From a virus (taxonomy: Duplodnaviria; Caudoviricetes): 39,323 bases of DNA. The notes beneath the pieces are model-generated. The model made no database searches and was not told where the DNA came from. It saw only the letters and a program-made list of their open reading frames with translations. Location of the stretch: positions 1-39,323 of the IMG/VR virus record IMGVR_UViG_3300010231_000020. One strand, written 5' to 3'. Of this stretch, positions 26,282 through 34,421 are shown one piece after another (positions within the stretch are counted from its first letter, which is position 1; every line of letters starts with the position of its first letter). The position numbers were made by a program, and so were the translations under genes.

Positions 26282-26323
26282 ACTATACGATTACGCATTG
26301 GTCAAGTCAATGCGAAAACGTAT
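26282..26323 (-). promoter_or_regulatory. PL-like promoter with two operators
   Basis: Minus strand TTGACT (26310-05), 17 bp, TATAGT (26287-82). Operators ATACGATTACGCAT 26285-98 and ATGCGAAAACGTAT 26310-23. Confidence 0.85.
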
Positions 26324-26385
26324 AGTCTAGAGCGATTTGATGTCCTTTCGCATTGCAGGGGAAGGCGCATTAATACGAAAGGAGC

Positions 26386-26411
26386 AAAAAAAAGCCCGCA
26401 CGTGGCGGGCT
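26386..26411 (-). terminator. Intrinsic terminator ending the cI operon
   Basis: Minus strand AGCCCGC-CACGT-GCGGGCT followed by T7. Confidence 0.9.
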
Positions 26412-26421
26412 GCTGTGGACG

Positions 26422-26679
26422 TTAAAAAGGTATCTCGGGCTCGGGCGGCAAGTCGAATTGCCGCCATTCGAGATCCTCGTCGGTGAGCGCATCTTCTGGG
26501 CATGGATAGCCCAGGCTCAAGAACCGCGCCGCCTCGTCCCACGCGACCAACACAACCGGCCGCATGAAGTGGATCTCAAGGCGTGCCAGCAGCTCGGCGC
26601 CCGCCGACCCGACCAACTGGGCCGCGTCGACCTGCACCGCAACGATGGGTTCAGCCAGTGGGATGATCGCGTTGTACAT
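26422..26679 (-). CDS. Small protein B of the cI operon (85 aa)
   Basis: Starts 1 nt after the stop of protein A, with an AAGG RBS. Homologous to protein A (PVVLVAWD, DLEW). Confidence 0.8.
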   Translation of the reverse strand: MYNAIIPLAEPIVAVQVDAAQLVGSAGAELLARLEIHFMRPVVLVAWDEAARFLSLGYPCPEDALTDEDLEWRQFDLPPEPEIPF

Positions 26680-26680
26680 G

Positions 26681-26956
26681 TCAGGCACCTTCTGTTTCGC
26701 AGCGCCGCTGCAACGGCGCCCATTCGATATCGCGCATGCCGAGCAGCGCATAGATGTACGGTTCGGGGTCGAACTCCGCGCGCGCGCGGATGCCCAGCCA
26801 CCCCTCGCTGTCGCGCGCCACCAACATCACCGGCGCCGAGAGTTCGTCCCGCAGCTGCTGGAGCAGGCCGCTCGCCCGAGGCTCGGACAGCGCGCGGCGC
26901 TCTACCAACACGACCGCCACACGTTCATCGCACAGGCGCTGGATCGAATACATCAT
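26681..26956 (-). CDS. Small protein A of the cI operon (91 aa)
   Basis: TGATG overlap with the cI stop; PVMLVARD and DIEW motifs. Confidence 0.8.
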   Translation of the reverse strand: MMYSIQRLCDERVAVVLVERRALSEPRASGLLQQLRDELSAPVMLVARDSEGWLGIRARAEFDPEPYIYALLGMRDIEWAPLQRRCETEGA

Positions 26957-27669
26957 CAAAACCGCTCGCTTTCCTTCCGCACGACGCGGCCGATGATCTT
27001 CGTACTTTCGTCGCACGTCCTTCTGTAATACCGGCGCTGGTCCGGATTGTCCGACGTCAGCCACCACTGGCCGGCGTCGCGCGTCAGGCGTTTCACCACT
27101 GGCTCGCCCTCGTAATTCACCGCGTACACCGTGCCGTCGACCAGCTTCTGGTCCGCCGTGTTCACCACGACCAGGTCGCCCTCATAGAACGTCGTCTCCA
27201 TGCTCTCGCCGCGCACCATGATCGCGATCAGCTTGCTGCGGTCGTACCCGTTGCGCTCGATCCATTCAGTCGGTACCGCGGCCGTAGTGCCGTCGAACGG
27301 CTCCGGCTCGATTTCGAAGCCGCTGATGCCAGCCGTAAGCCGCAAACGCACCTTTGGAATGAGAGTGAATCGCTGGTCGCCCTGGACGGCTTCCTCGACG
27401 CGCATATACGACCCCGGTTTCAAACCCTCCAGCGCGTCAGCTGGGGCGGATAGATCGCGTTCGCGAAGATCGGCCACCGACACACCAAAGTATTCGGCCA
27501 AAGGTTGCAAGGTCTTCGTCCGTGGATCGCTGCTTTCACCCGTCTGGATGCGATGGATCGTCGGTTGCGGGACGCCGGTCACGCGCTGCAGTTCGTAAGG
27601 ATTCGTCTTCCTCTGGGCCATTAGCCATTCGAGGTTCTTCGAGACGAGGGATGGAGGAGAGTTGCTCAT
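26956..27669 (-). CDS. cI: CI-like repressor, XRE HTH plus S24 autopeptidase
   Basis: HTH ELQRVTGVPQPTIHRIQTG, Ala-Gly cleavage site LTAGI, catalytic Ser (GESM) and Lys (VVKRL); divergent from cro. Confidence 0.94.
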   Translation of the reverse strand: MSNSPPSLVSKNLEWLMAQRKTNPYELQRVTGVPQPTIHRIQTGESSDPRTKTLQPLAEYFGVSVADLRERDLSAPADALEGLKPGSYMRVEEAVQGDQRFTLIPKVRLRLTAGISGFEIEPEPFDGTTAAVPTEWIERNGYDRSKLIAIMVRGESMETTFYEGDLVVVNTADQKLVDGTVYAVNYEGEPVVKRLTRDAGQWWLTSDNPDQRRYYRRTCDESTKIIGRVVRKESERF

Positions 27670-27751
27670 CCTACAAATATGCGTTAACGCATACATTCGC
27701 GCAATCCTTTATGCGTATTCGCATTGACAGCAATACGAATTCGTATAGAAT
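27669..27751. promoter_or_regulatory. OR region: three operators with PR and PRM
   Basis: ATGCGTTAACGCAT 27679-92, ATGCGTATTCGCAT 27711-24, ATACGAATTCGTAT 27733-46. PR is TTGACA (27724), 16 bp, TAGAAT (27746). PRM (-) is TTGCGC, 17 bp, CATATT. Confidence 0.88.
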
Positions 27752-27778
27752 GATCAAAAACAACCCTTATTTCCGATC

Positions 27779-28015
27779 ATGACTCTTCGTACAGCGCAGG
27801 AAGCGGTTCAGTTTTTGGTGGCGCACAAGCGTTCTCAAGCGGTTATCGCTAACCGGGCCGGTGTCACGCAGCCCACAATCAGCCGCATTCTTGCAGGCGG
27901 GCATGATCCCAAGGGCTCGACTCTTATTGCATTGAACAAATTCGCGGACGAAGTCGAGATAGAAGCCGCGACTCATACCCCAAGCAATCCTACCCCTTCC
28001 AAAACTCAACCTTGA
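27779..28015 (+). CDS. cro: Cro-like HTH repressor
   Basis: SQAVIANRAGVTQPTISRIL.G; its recognition helix resembles that of CI (QPTI.RI). Confidence 0.9.
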   Translation: MTLRTAQEAVQFLVAHKRSQAVIANRAGVTQPTISRILAGGHDPKGSTLIALNKFADEVEIEAATHTPSNPTPSKTQP

Positions 28016-28063
28016 TGCGCACGGCGGCTTTCTGTTCGATAAAAAGTTGCCATAGGAATTTCT

Positions 28064-28360
28064 CTATACATCCGCCGAAGTGGATGCATACACAAGTTGC
28101 GCTGACATCAACAGATGAGGAGGCACAGGTCTTGGGTGACGAAATGTTTTCGCCTGCTCGACATTCAGTCCGTCACCAATGTCGATCACTTTCCAGCTTT
28201 GTTGGGGCTCGTTCGGAGGCTCGCCTGCAATTTGAAAAGCGATGAGGACCAGACGAGCACCAGGGAACTGGGCAAATAAGTGGGGCTCGACAGTTCGCAC
28301 AACGCCTTGATCGTGCCAATGCACCAGGCGCCGTTGCCGAACAGCTTCGATCAAGTTCAT
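28064..28360 (-). CDS. Stand-alone WYL-like domain protein (98 aa)
   Basis: AVRQRRLV...RTVEPH...LIAFQ.AG...SWK...TF..PRP pattern; no HTH; antisense to the PR operon. Confidence 0.65.
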   Translation of the reverse strand: MNLIEAVRQRRLVHWHDQGVVRTVEPHLFAQFPGARLVLIAFQIAGEPPNEPQQSWKVIDIGDGLNVEQAKTFRHPRPVPPHLLMSAQLVYASTSADV

Positions 28361-28446
28361 AGCTTGTTTTTAAACCGTAATTTTTCAACAGTGCAACTTT
28401 ACTTCTAAGTAAAGATTTGCAAAACCAAAACAAAGCCGAGGGATGT

Positions 28447-28917
28447 ATGGAATTGCGTCAAGCCAAGCTGCAGATGATTGATGCGGTAACCGGTGGGTGG
28501 GACGTGGCTGCTGCCTTCTTGGGCATGAGCACGAACGCTCTTCGGAATCGGATTTACGAGGTCAAGGACCAGAAGCTGTCCGACGAAAAGTCGCTCGCGC
28601 TTCAGGCTTTGTCGGAAACGTCGCATTACGCAGATGCGATTGCCCGGGCCAGTGGCGGCGTGTTCGTGCGTCTGCCGGACATCGAGTGCGAGAACGAAGA
28701 CCTCATGCGTAAGTTCAACGAACTGTACGTCTATCTGGGCAACTTCTCGCGCGACTTCGACGGCGCCCTCAGCAACGACGGCGTCATCGATAAGCAGGAA
28801 GAGGCGATCCTCGACCGCGACGTGAAGCAACTGCAAAAGGCGGTTGCCGAGCTGTTTGCGCTCATGGTCCGCGTGTACGGCGTCAATGAGCCGGGAGGCG
28901 AACATGGCAGCAAGTAA
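28447..28917 (+). CDS. YmfL/CII-like phage regulatory protein
   Basis: GGWDVAAAFLGMS..AL.NR...GGVFV.LP...DGVID..E; cII position. Confidence 0.82.
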   Translation: MELRQAKLQMIDAVTGGWDVAAAFLGMSTNALRNRIYEVKDQKLSDEKSLALQALSETSHYADAIARASGGVFVRLPDIECENEDLMRKFNELYVYLGNFSRDFDGALSNDGVIDKQEEAILDRDVKQLQKAVAELFALMVRVYGVNEPGGEHGSK

Positions 28918-29347
28918 GCACAACGGCCCGCGCCGCGGCAGTCTCGCATATCGCGCACTGAGCTGTTTGCATGCCCTCGGTGAAAGCGATGCCGCTGGCT
29001 GGAAAGAAGAATGCGGCTTCGGCCAATCGTCTCGGGTGTTCGATTGCGACGTGATCCAGCAGCTGCGTGTATGGCGTCTCGTGGATGGCAGAGGCGACGT
29101 GTACCTGGTTACCGCTGCCGGCCGCTCGTACTTGGGTGTCGCTCCGACGACGCCGGTGAACAATGCGCCGCCCGCGTCGGGCCCGTACGTACCGCCGAAG
29201 CTGCCGCTGTCGCCGCGGAATCGTCCGGCTTTGCGTGGCATGCGGCCCGGTGCATTCGACTACCGCGACATCCCGTCTGTGCTCGCAGGCCGGCCGGTCG
29301 CGTACCGCAGCAGCATTACCGTCGAAGGCGAGGGCGTCACTGAATGA
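28904..29347 (+). CDS. Hypothetical protein (147 aa), possible winged helix
   Basis: GGAGG RBS; Y.VT.AGR motif; ATGA overlap with the primase gene. Confidence 0.72.
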   Translation: MAASKHNGPRRGSLAYRALSCLHALGESDAAGWKEECGFGQSSRVFDCDVIQQLRVWRLVDGRGDVYLVTAAGRSYLGVAPTTPVNNAPPASGPYVPPKLPLSPRNRPALRGMRPGAFDYRDIPSVLAGRPVAYRSSITVEGEGVTE

Positions 29348-32259
29348 GCGATGTAGGCCAGGTAGTAGCGCAGATGGCGGAATACGGAATGCCGCCTCTG
29401 CCAGCGAATCACCCCGTCCTGGACGGCAAGTTCAAACGATTCGGCCCGAAGAAGAAGGGCTGGTATATCTTGCGCGAACTGAAGCTGCGCACCGGCCGCG
29501 TGGTCGTGACCGGCGCCTTCGGCTTCTTCCAAGGCGAGAACCGCAACACGGTGCCTGTCAAGGTCGACGTCGAAACGATGTCAGCCGACGAGCGAGCCGA
29601 GTACGTTCGCCAGCAGCGCGCTGCCGAAAAGGCCGAAGAGGAAAAGCGCGACCAAGAAGTGCGGCTCGCTGCGAACCGCGCACGCGACCAGTGGAGCAAA
29701 GGCGAGGGTGTTCCTGTAGAGCATCCCTACCTGGTGCGCAAGCAGGTCGCGGCCGAAGGCCTGCGCGTCACACCCGACGGCAAGCTGCTGATGATCCCCC
29801 TCGTGCGCGATGGTCAACTGCTCGGCCTGCAGAAGATCGACCCGGCCGGCGACAAGAAGCTCAACAGCGGCATGGATGCGATCGGCGTCGCCCACGTGCT
29901 GGGCAAGCTGGCCGGCGCCCCGATCGTCGCGATCGGCGAAGGCTATGCCACCTGTGCCAGTGCGCGCAAGGCCGTCATAGAGTGGTACGACCTTCCGGTC
30001 GTCATGGCTCTGAATGCTGGCAACCTGGTGCACGTCGCGCGGCTGCTGCGCAAGCGATATCCGGATGCGCACCTGCTCTTCCTGGCTGACGACGACTATC
30101 TGCTCGTCGAGCGGTTCGCCGAGCGGCTGCTCGAGGACTTCGGCGTGTCCGTCGAGGTGCCAATCGACGGCGTGTCGCACACGGTACGCGCCGACGACGG
30201 CGAGGCCGTCGACGTGCTGGCTCGCTGGCGTGAGGACGCGCAGGGCATTCGCTACATCGAGGCTGACATGCGCAAGGGCCGTCTCGTGCGCACGCCGACA
30301 TTCAAGAACGCCGGCGTCTCCAGCAGTCACGCGGCGGCCGCCGAAGTCGGAAACGCGTCGGTGGCCGTGCCGGCGTTCGCCGTCGATCGCGCTGGCCGCA
30401 AACTCACGGACTACAACGACCTGCAGATCGAGGAAGGGCCGGAGTCCGTAGCAGCGCAGGTTCGTCGTTCCATCCTCGCTGCGCAGCAGCGCAATACCGA
30501 GCCCACCGCCCCTGAATCCGCGCAAGCGGCCGAGGCGGCGCTGGAGCCTGCTGCCGACCCTCTCCTCGCTGCGGAGCAGCGCTCATCCTTTCCTCCCGCC
30601 CCACCCGCGCAAGCGGCCGCGGTGGGCGATGAGCCTGCGGCGACTCCCACTTTCGCTGCGGATCAGCGTCCAATCGATCCTCCCTCCGCCCCACCCGCGC
30701 ACGCGGTCGACGCCGAAGGTGTTCCCCCCGCCCCCCTCGGTGCGGAGCGGCCAGGAGAAGGGGCGGACAGCGCCGTACCTGACGATTTTGACGATCGGTA
30801 CGGCGCGGAGGATGGAATGTCGAATGTGGTGCCGCTGAACGCGAAGATGTACCCGCCGAAGGCATCAGGCTCCGCTCCCGCGCGGGGGGAGGGGGAGGAC
30901 GTCGACGACGGCGAGAAGCCCGCAAAGGAGAAGCCCAAGAAGGTGTACGGGCCCGAGCATTGGGACAAGGTCAACGACATCCTCGAGAACTTCGTCCTGA
31001 TCTACGGCGAGGACATGGTGTGGGACTGCCGGCATCGCATGCTGATGCGCATCTCGGCTATGCGCACGATCGTCGGTAACAGCGACGTGATGAAGTTCTG
31101 GAGCGGCGACGCCCGGCGCTGGGTCCTGAAGAAAAACATCGTGTTCGATCCGAGCGACACACCGTCACCGGCCGAGAGCGGCCCGACGGCAACCGTCAAT
31201 CTCTTCAATGGCTGGCCGATGAGGCCGAAGAAGGGCGCGTGCTTCCAGATCCAACTGCTGCTGCATCACCTGTGCGACGGTAACCACGAGCTGACGACCT
31301 GGATCCTGCGTTGGCTGGCCTACCCGTTGCGCAACCCGGGCGCCAAGATGGAAACTTCGATCATCATGCACGGCGACGAGGGCTCCGGTAAGAACTTCTT
31401 CTTCGAGCGCGTGGTCAAGCCGATCTACGGCGACTACGGCTACGTGATCGGCAACGACCAGCTCGAGAGCAAATTCAACGACTGGGCGTCGATGAAGCTG
31501 TTCATGGTGGCCGACGAGGTCGTCACCCGCGCCGAGCTCAAGCAAATGAAGGGCAAGCTCAAGGGCCTGATCTCGGGTGACACCGTGATCGTCAACCCGA
31601 AGGGCCTGCCCGAGCACGTCGAGAAGAATCAGATGAATTTCGTGTTCCTGTCGAATGAGCTGCAGCCGCTCGCCCTAGACAAGACCGATCGACGTTACCT
31701 GGTCGTGTGGACGCCGCCGGCGATGCCCCGGGAGTTTTACCAGGGCGTGGCGGACGAGATCCGCGAGGGGGGTATCGAGGCGTTCTACTACCACCTCATG
31801 CACGAGCTGGACATGGGTGACTTCGACCAGCACACGAAGCCGATCTACAACGAGGCGAAGGACAAGCTAATCGAGAAGAGCCTGGCGCCCTCCGAGCGCT
31901 TCTACCGCGAATGGTCCGGCGGCTTCCTCCCGCTGCCGTTTATCACTGTCTCGGTGAACCAGCTGTTCGACGCGTTCAGGGTGTGGTGCACCCGGTCGGG
32001 CGAACCGACGTATACGTCGATGACGAAGTTCAGCCCGGAGATCGAGCGATACGCCGGCGGCACACTGAAAAAGAAGCTCATCAAGTACGAACTCGGGGAA
32101 GAGGTCAAGCAGCGCATGGTGTTCATGGTCGGCGACCTGCCCGACGGGCGAACGCTGGCCGACTGGTGTGAGGCCTGTAGCGCCGTCTTCAGCAAGCACT
32201 ACCAGTCCTACCGGAGCCGTGGCGGTGGATTCGACCAAGGCGCCGATGTTAACGGTTGA
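29344..32259 (+). CDS. Primase-helicase (TOPRIM plus SF3/D5-like NTPase), P4 alpha-like replication protein
   Basis: HPYL.RK, IGEGYAT, ADDD and TDYNDL primase motifs. Walker A GDEGSGKN, Walker B MVADE, FLSN and DRRY. Confidence 0.94.
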   Translation: MSDVGQVVAQMAEYGMPPLPANHPVLDGKFKRFGPKKKGWYILRELKLRTGRVVVTGAFGFFQGENRNTVPVKVDVETMSADERAEYVRQQRAAEKAEEEKRDQEVRLAANRARDQWSKGEGVPVEHPYLVRKQVAAEGLRVTPDGKLLMIPLVRDGQLLGLQKIDPAGDKKLNSGMDAIGVAHVLGKLAGAPIVAIGEGYATCASARKAVIEWYDLPVVMALNAGNLVHVARLLRKRYPDAHLLFLADDDYLLVERFAERLLEDFGVSVEVPIDGVSHTVRADDGEAVDVLARWREDAQGIRYIEADMRKGRLVRTPTFKNAGVSSSHAAAAEVGNASVAVPAFAVDRAGRKLTDYNDLQIEEGPESVAAQVRRSILAAQQRNTEPTAPESAQAAEAALEPAADPLLAAEQRSSFPPAPPAQAAAVGDEPAATPTFAADQRPIDPPSAPPAHAVDAEGVPPAPLGAERPGEGADSAVPDDFDDRYGAEDGMSNVVPLNAKMYPPKASGSAPARGEGEDVDDGEKPAKEKPKKVYGPEHWDKVNDILENFVLIYGEDMVWDCRHRMLMRISAMRTIVGNSDVMKFWSGDARRWVLKKNIVFDPSDTPSPAESGPTATVNLFNGWPMRPKKGACFQIQLLLHHLCDGNHELTTWILRWLAYPLRNPGAKMETSIIMHGDEGSGKNFFFERVVKPIYGDYGYVIGNDQLESKFNDWASMKLFMVADEVVTRAELKQMKGKLKGLISGDTVIVNPKGLPEHVEKNQMNFVFLSNELQPLALDKTDRRYLVVWTPPAMPREFYQGVADEIREGGIEAFYYHLMHELDMGDFDQHTKPIYNEAKDKLIEKSLAPSERFYREWSGGFLPLPFITVSVNQLFDAFRVWCTRSGEPTYTSMTKFSPEIERYAGGTLKKKLIKYELGEEVKQRMVFMVGDLPDGRTLADWCEACSAVFSKHYQSYRSRGGGFDQGADVNG
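30544..30709 (+). repeat. Degenerate ~87-bp tandem duplication in the primase-helicase linker
   Basis: GAGCCTGC...TCGCTGCGGA.CAGCG...CCGCCCCACCCGCGCA.GCGG.CG at 30544-30619 and 30631-30709. Confidence 0.8.
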
Positions 32260-32504
32260 CCATTCACATTCCGCAGACCATTCACATGCATAAGTCATTG
32301 AAAGAAAAGGAGATGTTAACGGTGTGAACGGTATGAAAGGTCTCTCTATATGTGTGCGCGTGCGCGAGAAGCGGCGCAATGAAATTAATAGTCCAAATCA
32401 GACTGAACGAGAAGATCAAATAACCATTCATACCCTTCACATCGTTAATAAAGATAAAAAAAACAAAGGGTTACGGATGTTAAGGATATGAATCGTGTGA
32501 AGGG
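32247..32504. other. Putative replication origin: 9-bp iterons T[GA]T[GT]AANGG in both orientations
   Basis: About 12 copies: 32247(+), 32260(-), 32278(-), triplet 32314/23/32(+), triplet 32424/33/42(-), triplet 32478/87/96(+). AT-rich and directly after the primase-helicase. Confidence 0.8.
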
Positions 32505-32606
32505 TTAAGTAAAAAGATGAGTAATCGGGGCGGTTCGATAGCAGCAACGAAGGACGGATGGGCGATACAGGGCGCCGGGATAACTGAAAGGGTAGCGATG
32601 GGAGCA

Positions 32607-33572
32607 ATGGAACAGAAAATGGATACGATCTTCGCCAGCACGGGCCAAGCCGTGCACGTGGCTTTCATGGTGATGAGCCAGCCTGCGATGCAGGCGGCGC
32701 CGTTTCGTAAAGCGCTGATTCGCGCTATGGAGTCGATTCGCTTGGAAGGCCATCAGCGCGAATGGCTCGATCAGCTGCGCGGGGCGCCGTCGGAGACGGT
32801 GAACTTCGGCGGCCTGACTGGCGATGAGGTCCGGGCGCAATGCGTCATGGTCACGCAAGCGGTCAAGCATCTGCCGGCGGCTGAGATGTGGACCCTGCAG
32901 GCGATATTTGGCTACGTCGAGTTTGAAGACGTCGGCGACGGCGAGCTGACGGGCGCGCAGTTGGCGGAGGCACTTGAGCGCGCAGCTGCCGAGGTCGAAG
33001 GCCAACGTGAGAAGCTGTGCCAGGCGCGCAAGGCCCTCGATGCAACGCGCGAGCAGCATCTCGCGTACGAAGGCCGGATCGCTCCGGCATCGGTCGAGGA
33101 GTCGGTTCGGGCCGCGTACTATGCCGCGCGCGACGATGTGCGCGACGTCAGCGCTGCGTTGGCCCGCGCCGAGTCGACCCTGCGTATGCTGCAGATCGCG
33201 GTCGACCGGGCCAATGGCCGCACTCTCACGGACGGCGTCGCGCCAGCTGTCGGCACGGGCGGACGTCGTTTTGCGTTCTCCGCTGAGCGCATCGATGCGA
33301 TCAAGGGATTATCCGACTGGTTCCGGCCTATGTTCCCGCGGATCAAGCCATTCGCTATCGACTGCATGCTCGGCCGCTTGTTTGCCCGCCATAAGGAAAT
33401 CGGCATTTCGTTCCGCGACCTGGCAGATTCGTTCGGTGGGAACCCGATGACGTACCAGCGTGCCAGCTTCAAGATGAGGAATCATCTTCGGCAGCTCGAA
33501 GAGCTCGCCCTGCAGCACTTGGAAGAGCGCCTCGTTAAAGATGGTGTTGCAATGCCGACAGAAAGTGATTGA
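32607..33572 (+). CDS. Putative late-gene regulator (Q-like antiterminator position)
   Basis: Last early gene. C-terminal HTH-like SFRDLADSFGGN..TY.R. Followed at once by a promoter and terminator. Start uncertain (32598/32607/32619). Confidence 0.6.
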   Translation: MEQKMDTIFASTGQAVHVAFMVMSQPAMQAAPFRKALIRAMESIRLEGHQREWLDQLRGAPSETVNFGGLTGDEVRAQCVMVTQAVKHLPAAEMWTLQAIFGYVEFEDVGDGELTGAQLAEALERAAAEVEGQREKLCQARKALDATREQHLAYEGRIAPASVEESVRAAYYAARDDVRDVSAALARAESTLRMLQIAVDRANGRTLTDGVAPAVGTGGRRFAFSAERIDAIKGLSDWFRPMFPRIKPFAIDCMLGRLFARHKEIGISFRDLADSFGGNPMTYQRASFKMRNHLRQLEELALQHLEERLVKDGVAMPTESD

Positions 33573-33598
33573 CGGCACTGTTACAGTTAGGATATATT
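33569..33598 (+). promoter_or_regulatory. PR'-like late promoter
   Basis: TTGACG, 18 bp, TATATT, with the dyad ACTGT-T-ACAGT in the spacer. Confidence 0.75.
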
Positions 33599-33648
33599 TT
33601 CGCCACTCTCGAAGCAATTGCGACTTGAGTAAGAATTCCTCCCAAAAG

Positions 33649-33688
33649 AGCCCTGTCCGGCGTGAGCCCGACGGGGCTTTTTCTTTTT
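33649..33688 (+). terminator. tR'-like terminator
   Basis: AGCCCTGTC...GACGGGGCT followed by TTTTCTTTTT. Confidence 0.82.
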
Positions 33689-33714
33689 CCAAACCACATC
33701 AGGAAGGAGCGCCC

Positions 33715-33879
33715 ATGCGCTATCAGGCTCGCTGGAGTAATGGCTGCTGGAAGGTCTTCGATCGCACGAAGTTCGCTGACGTGGCAATGCGTGGGACGCA
33801 GCGCGATGCCGAAGAGGCCGCGATTGAATTCAACGTGTACGAGGCCAAGTCGCGCCGGTTCCCGGGCAAGCGCCGGTAA
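33715..33879 (+). CDS. Small hypothetical protein (54 aa)
   Basis: AGGAAGGAG RBS; MRYQARWSNGCWKVFD... Confidence 0.7.
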   Translation: MRYQARWSNGCWKVFDRTKFADVAMRGTQRDAEEAAIEFNVYEAKSRRFPGKRR

Positions 33880-33937
33880 CGTTGCGGCGCCAGTCGCCGA
33901 CCAGTGTCTCCTCCAAGACATCCCTGTTTTGGACTTG

Positions 33938-33973
33938 GCCGCCGAGTGCTTCGATGTCTCGGCGGCTTTTTTT
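33938..33973 (+). terminator. Intrinsic terminator
   Basis: GCCGCCGAG-11nt-CTCGGCGGC followed by T7. Confidence 0.82.
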
Positions 33974-33987
33974 ATTCGAGGTATGCC

Positions 33988-34206
33988 ATGAAGCGCAAGA
34001 TCGTGATCAAGCATTCATCTTTGCCCGTGCGTTCGCCGGTTGGCGGCGCCATTCTGTGGTGGTTGTTGCTGGACCGTCTCGGTGCGCCTGCATGGGCGTA
34101 CGGCGTGTTGTGGACATTGGTGGCCATTGGCGCTATCGCATGGATCTACTATCTGTTCACGACCGATTGGCGCGATGTCTCAGGTTTTGGAGACCGCAAA
34201 TCATGA
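33988..34206 (+). CDS. Small Trp-rich membrane protein (72 aa)
   Basis: GAGG RBS; two hydrophobic segments. Confidence 0.72.
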   Translation: MKRKIVIKHSSLPVRSPVGGAILWWLLLDRLGAPAWAYGVLWTLVAIGAIAWIYYLFTTDWRDVSGFGDRKS

Positions 34207-34421
34207 GCGCTTGGGCGGAGGTTTATCCTGCGCCAATGCTGCGCGTTGAGGTCAACGGATTGATCGAGCGTAGGCCTGCTGAGCTTCATGTCCTGGTTCG
34301 CGATCTCGCCGGCCGTGCCGTCGTCTCTCATATGCGTCCCCAGCTACTACCTGGTGAGCTGCTGCGTGAGCGTGCTGGCGAAATTCCTTTGGTCGTGCAG
34401 GAGGCAACATGCCCGACCTGA
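34203..34421 (+). CDS. Hypothetical protein (72 aa)
   Basis: ATGA overlap with the upstream gene. Confidence 0.6.
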   Translation: MSAWAEVYPAPMLRVEVNGLIERRPAELHVLVRDLAGRAVVSHMRPQLLPGELLRERAGEIPLVVQEATCPT

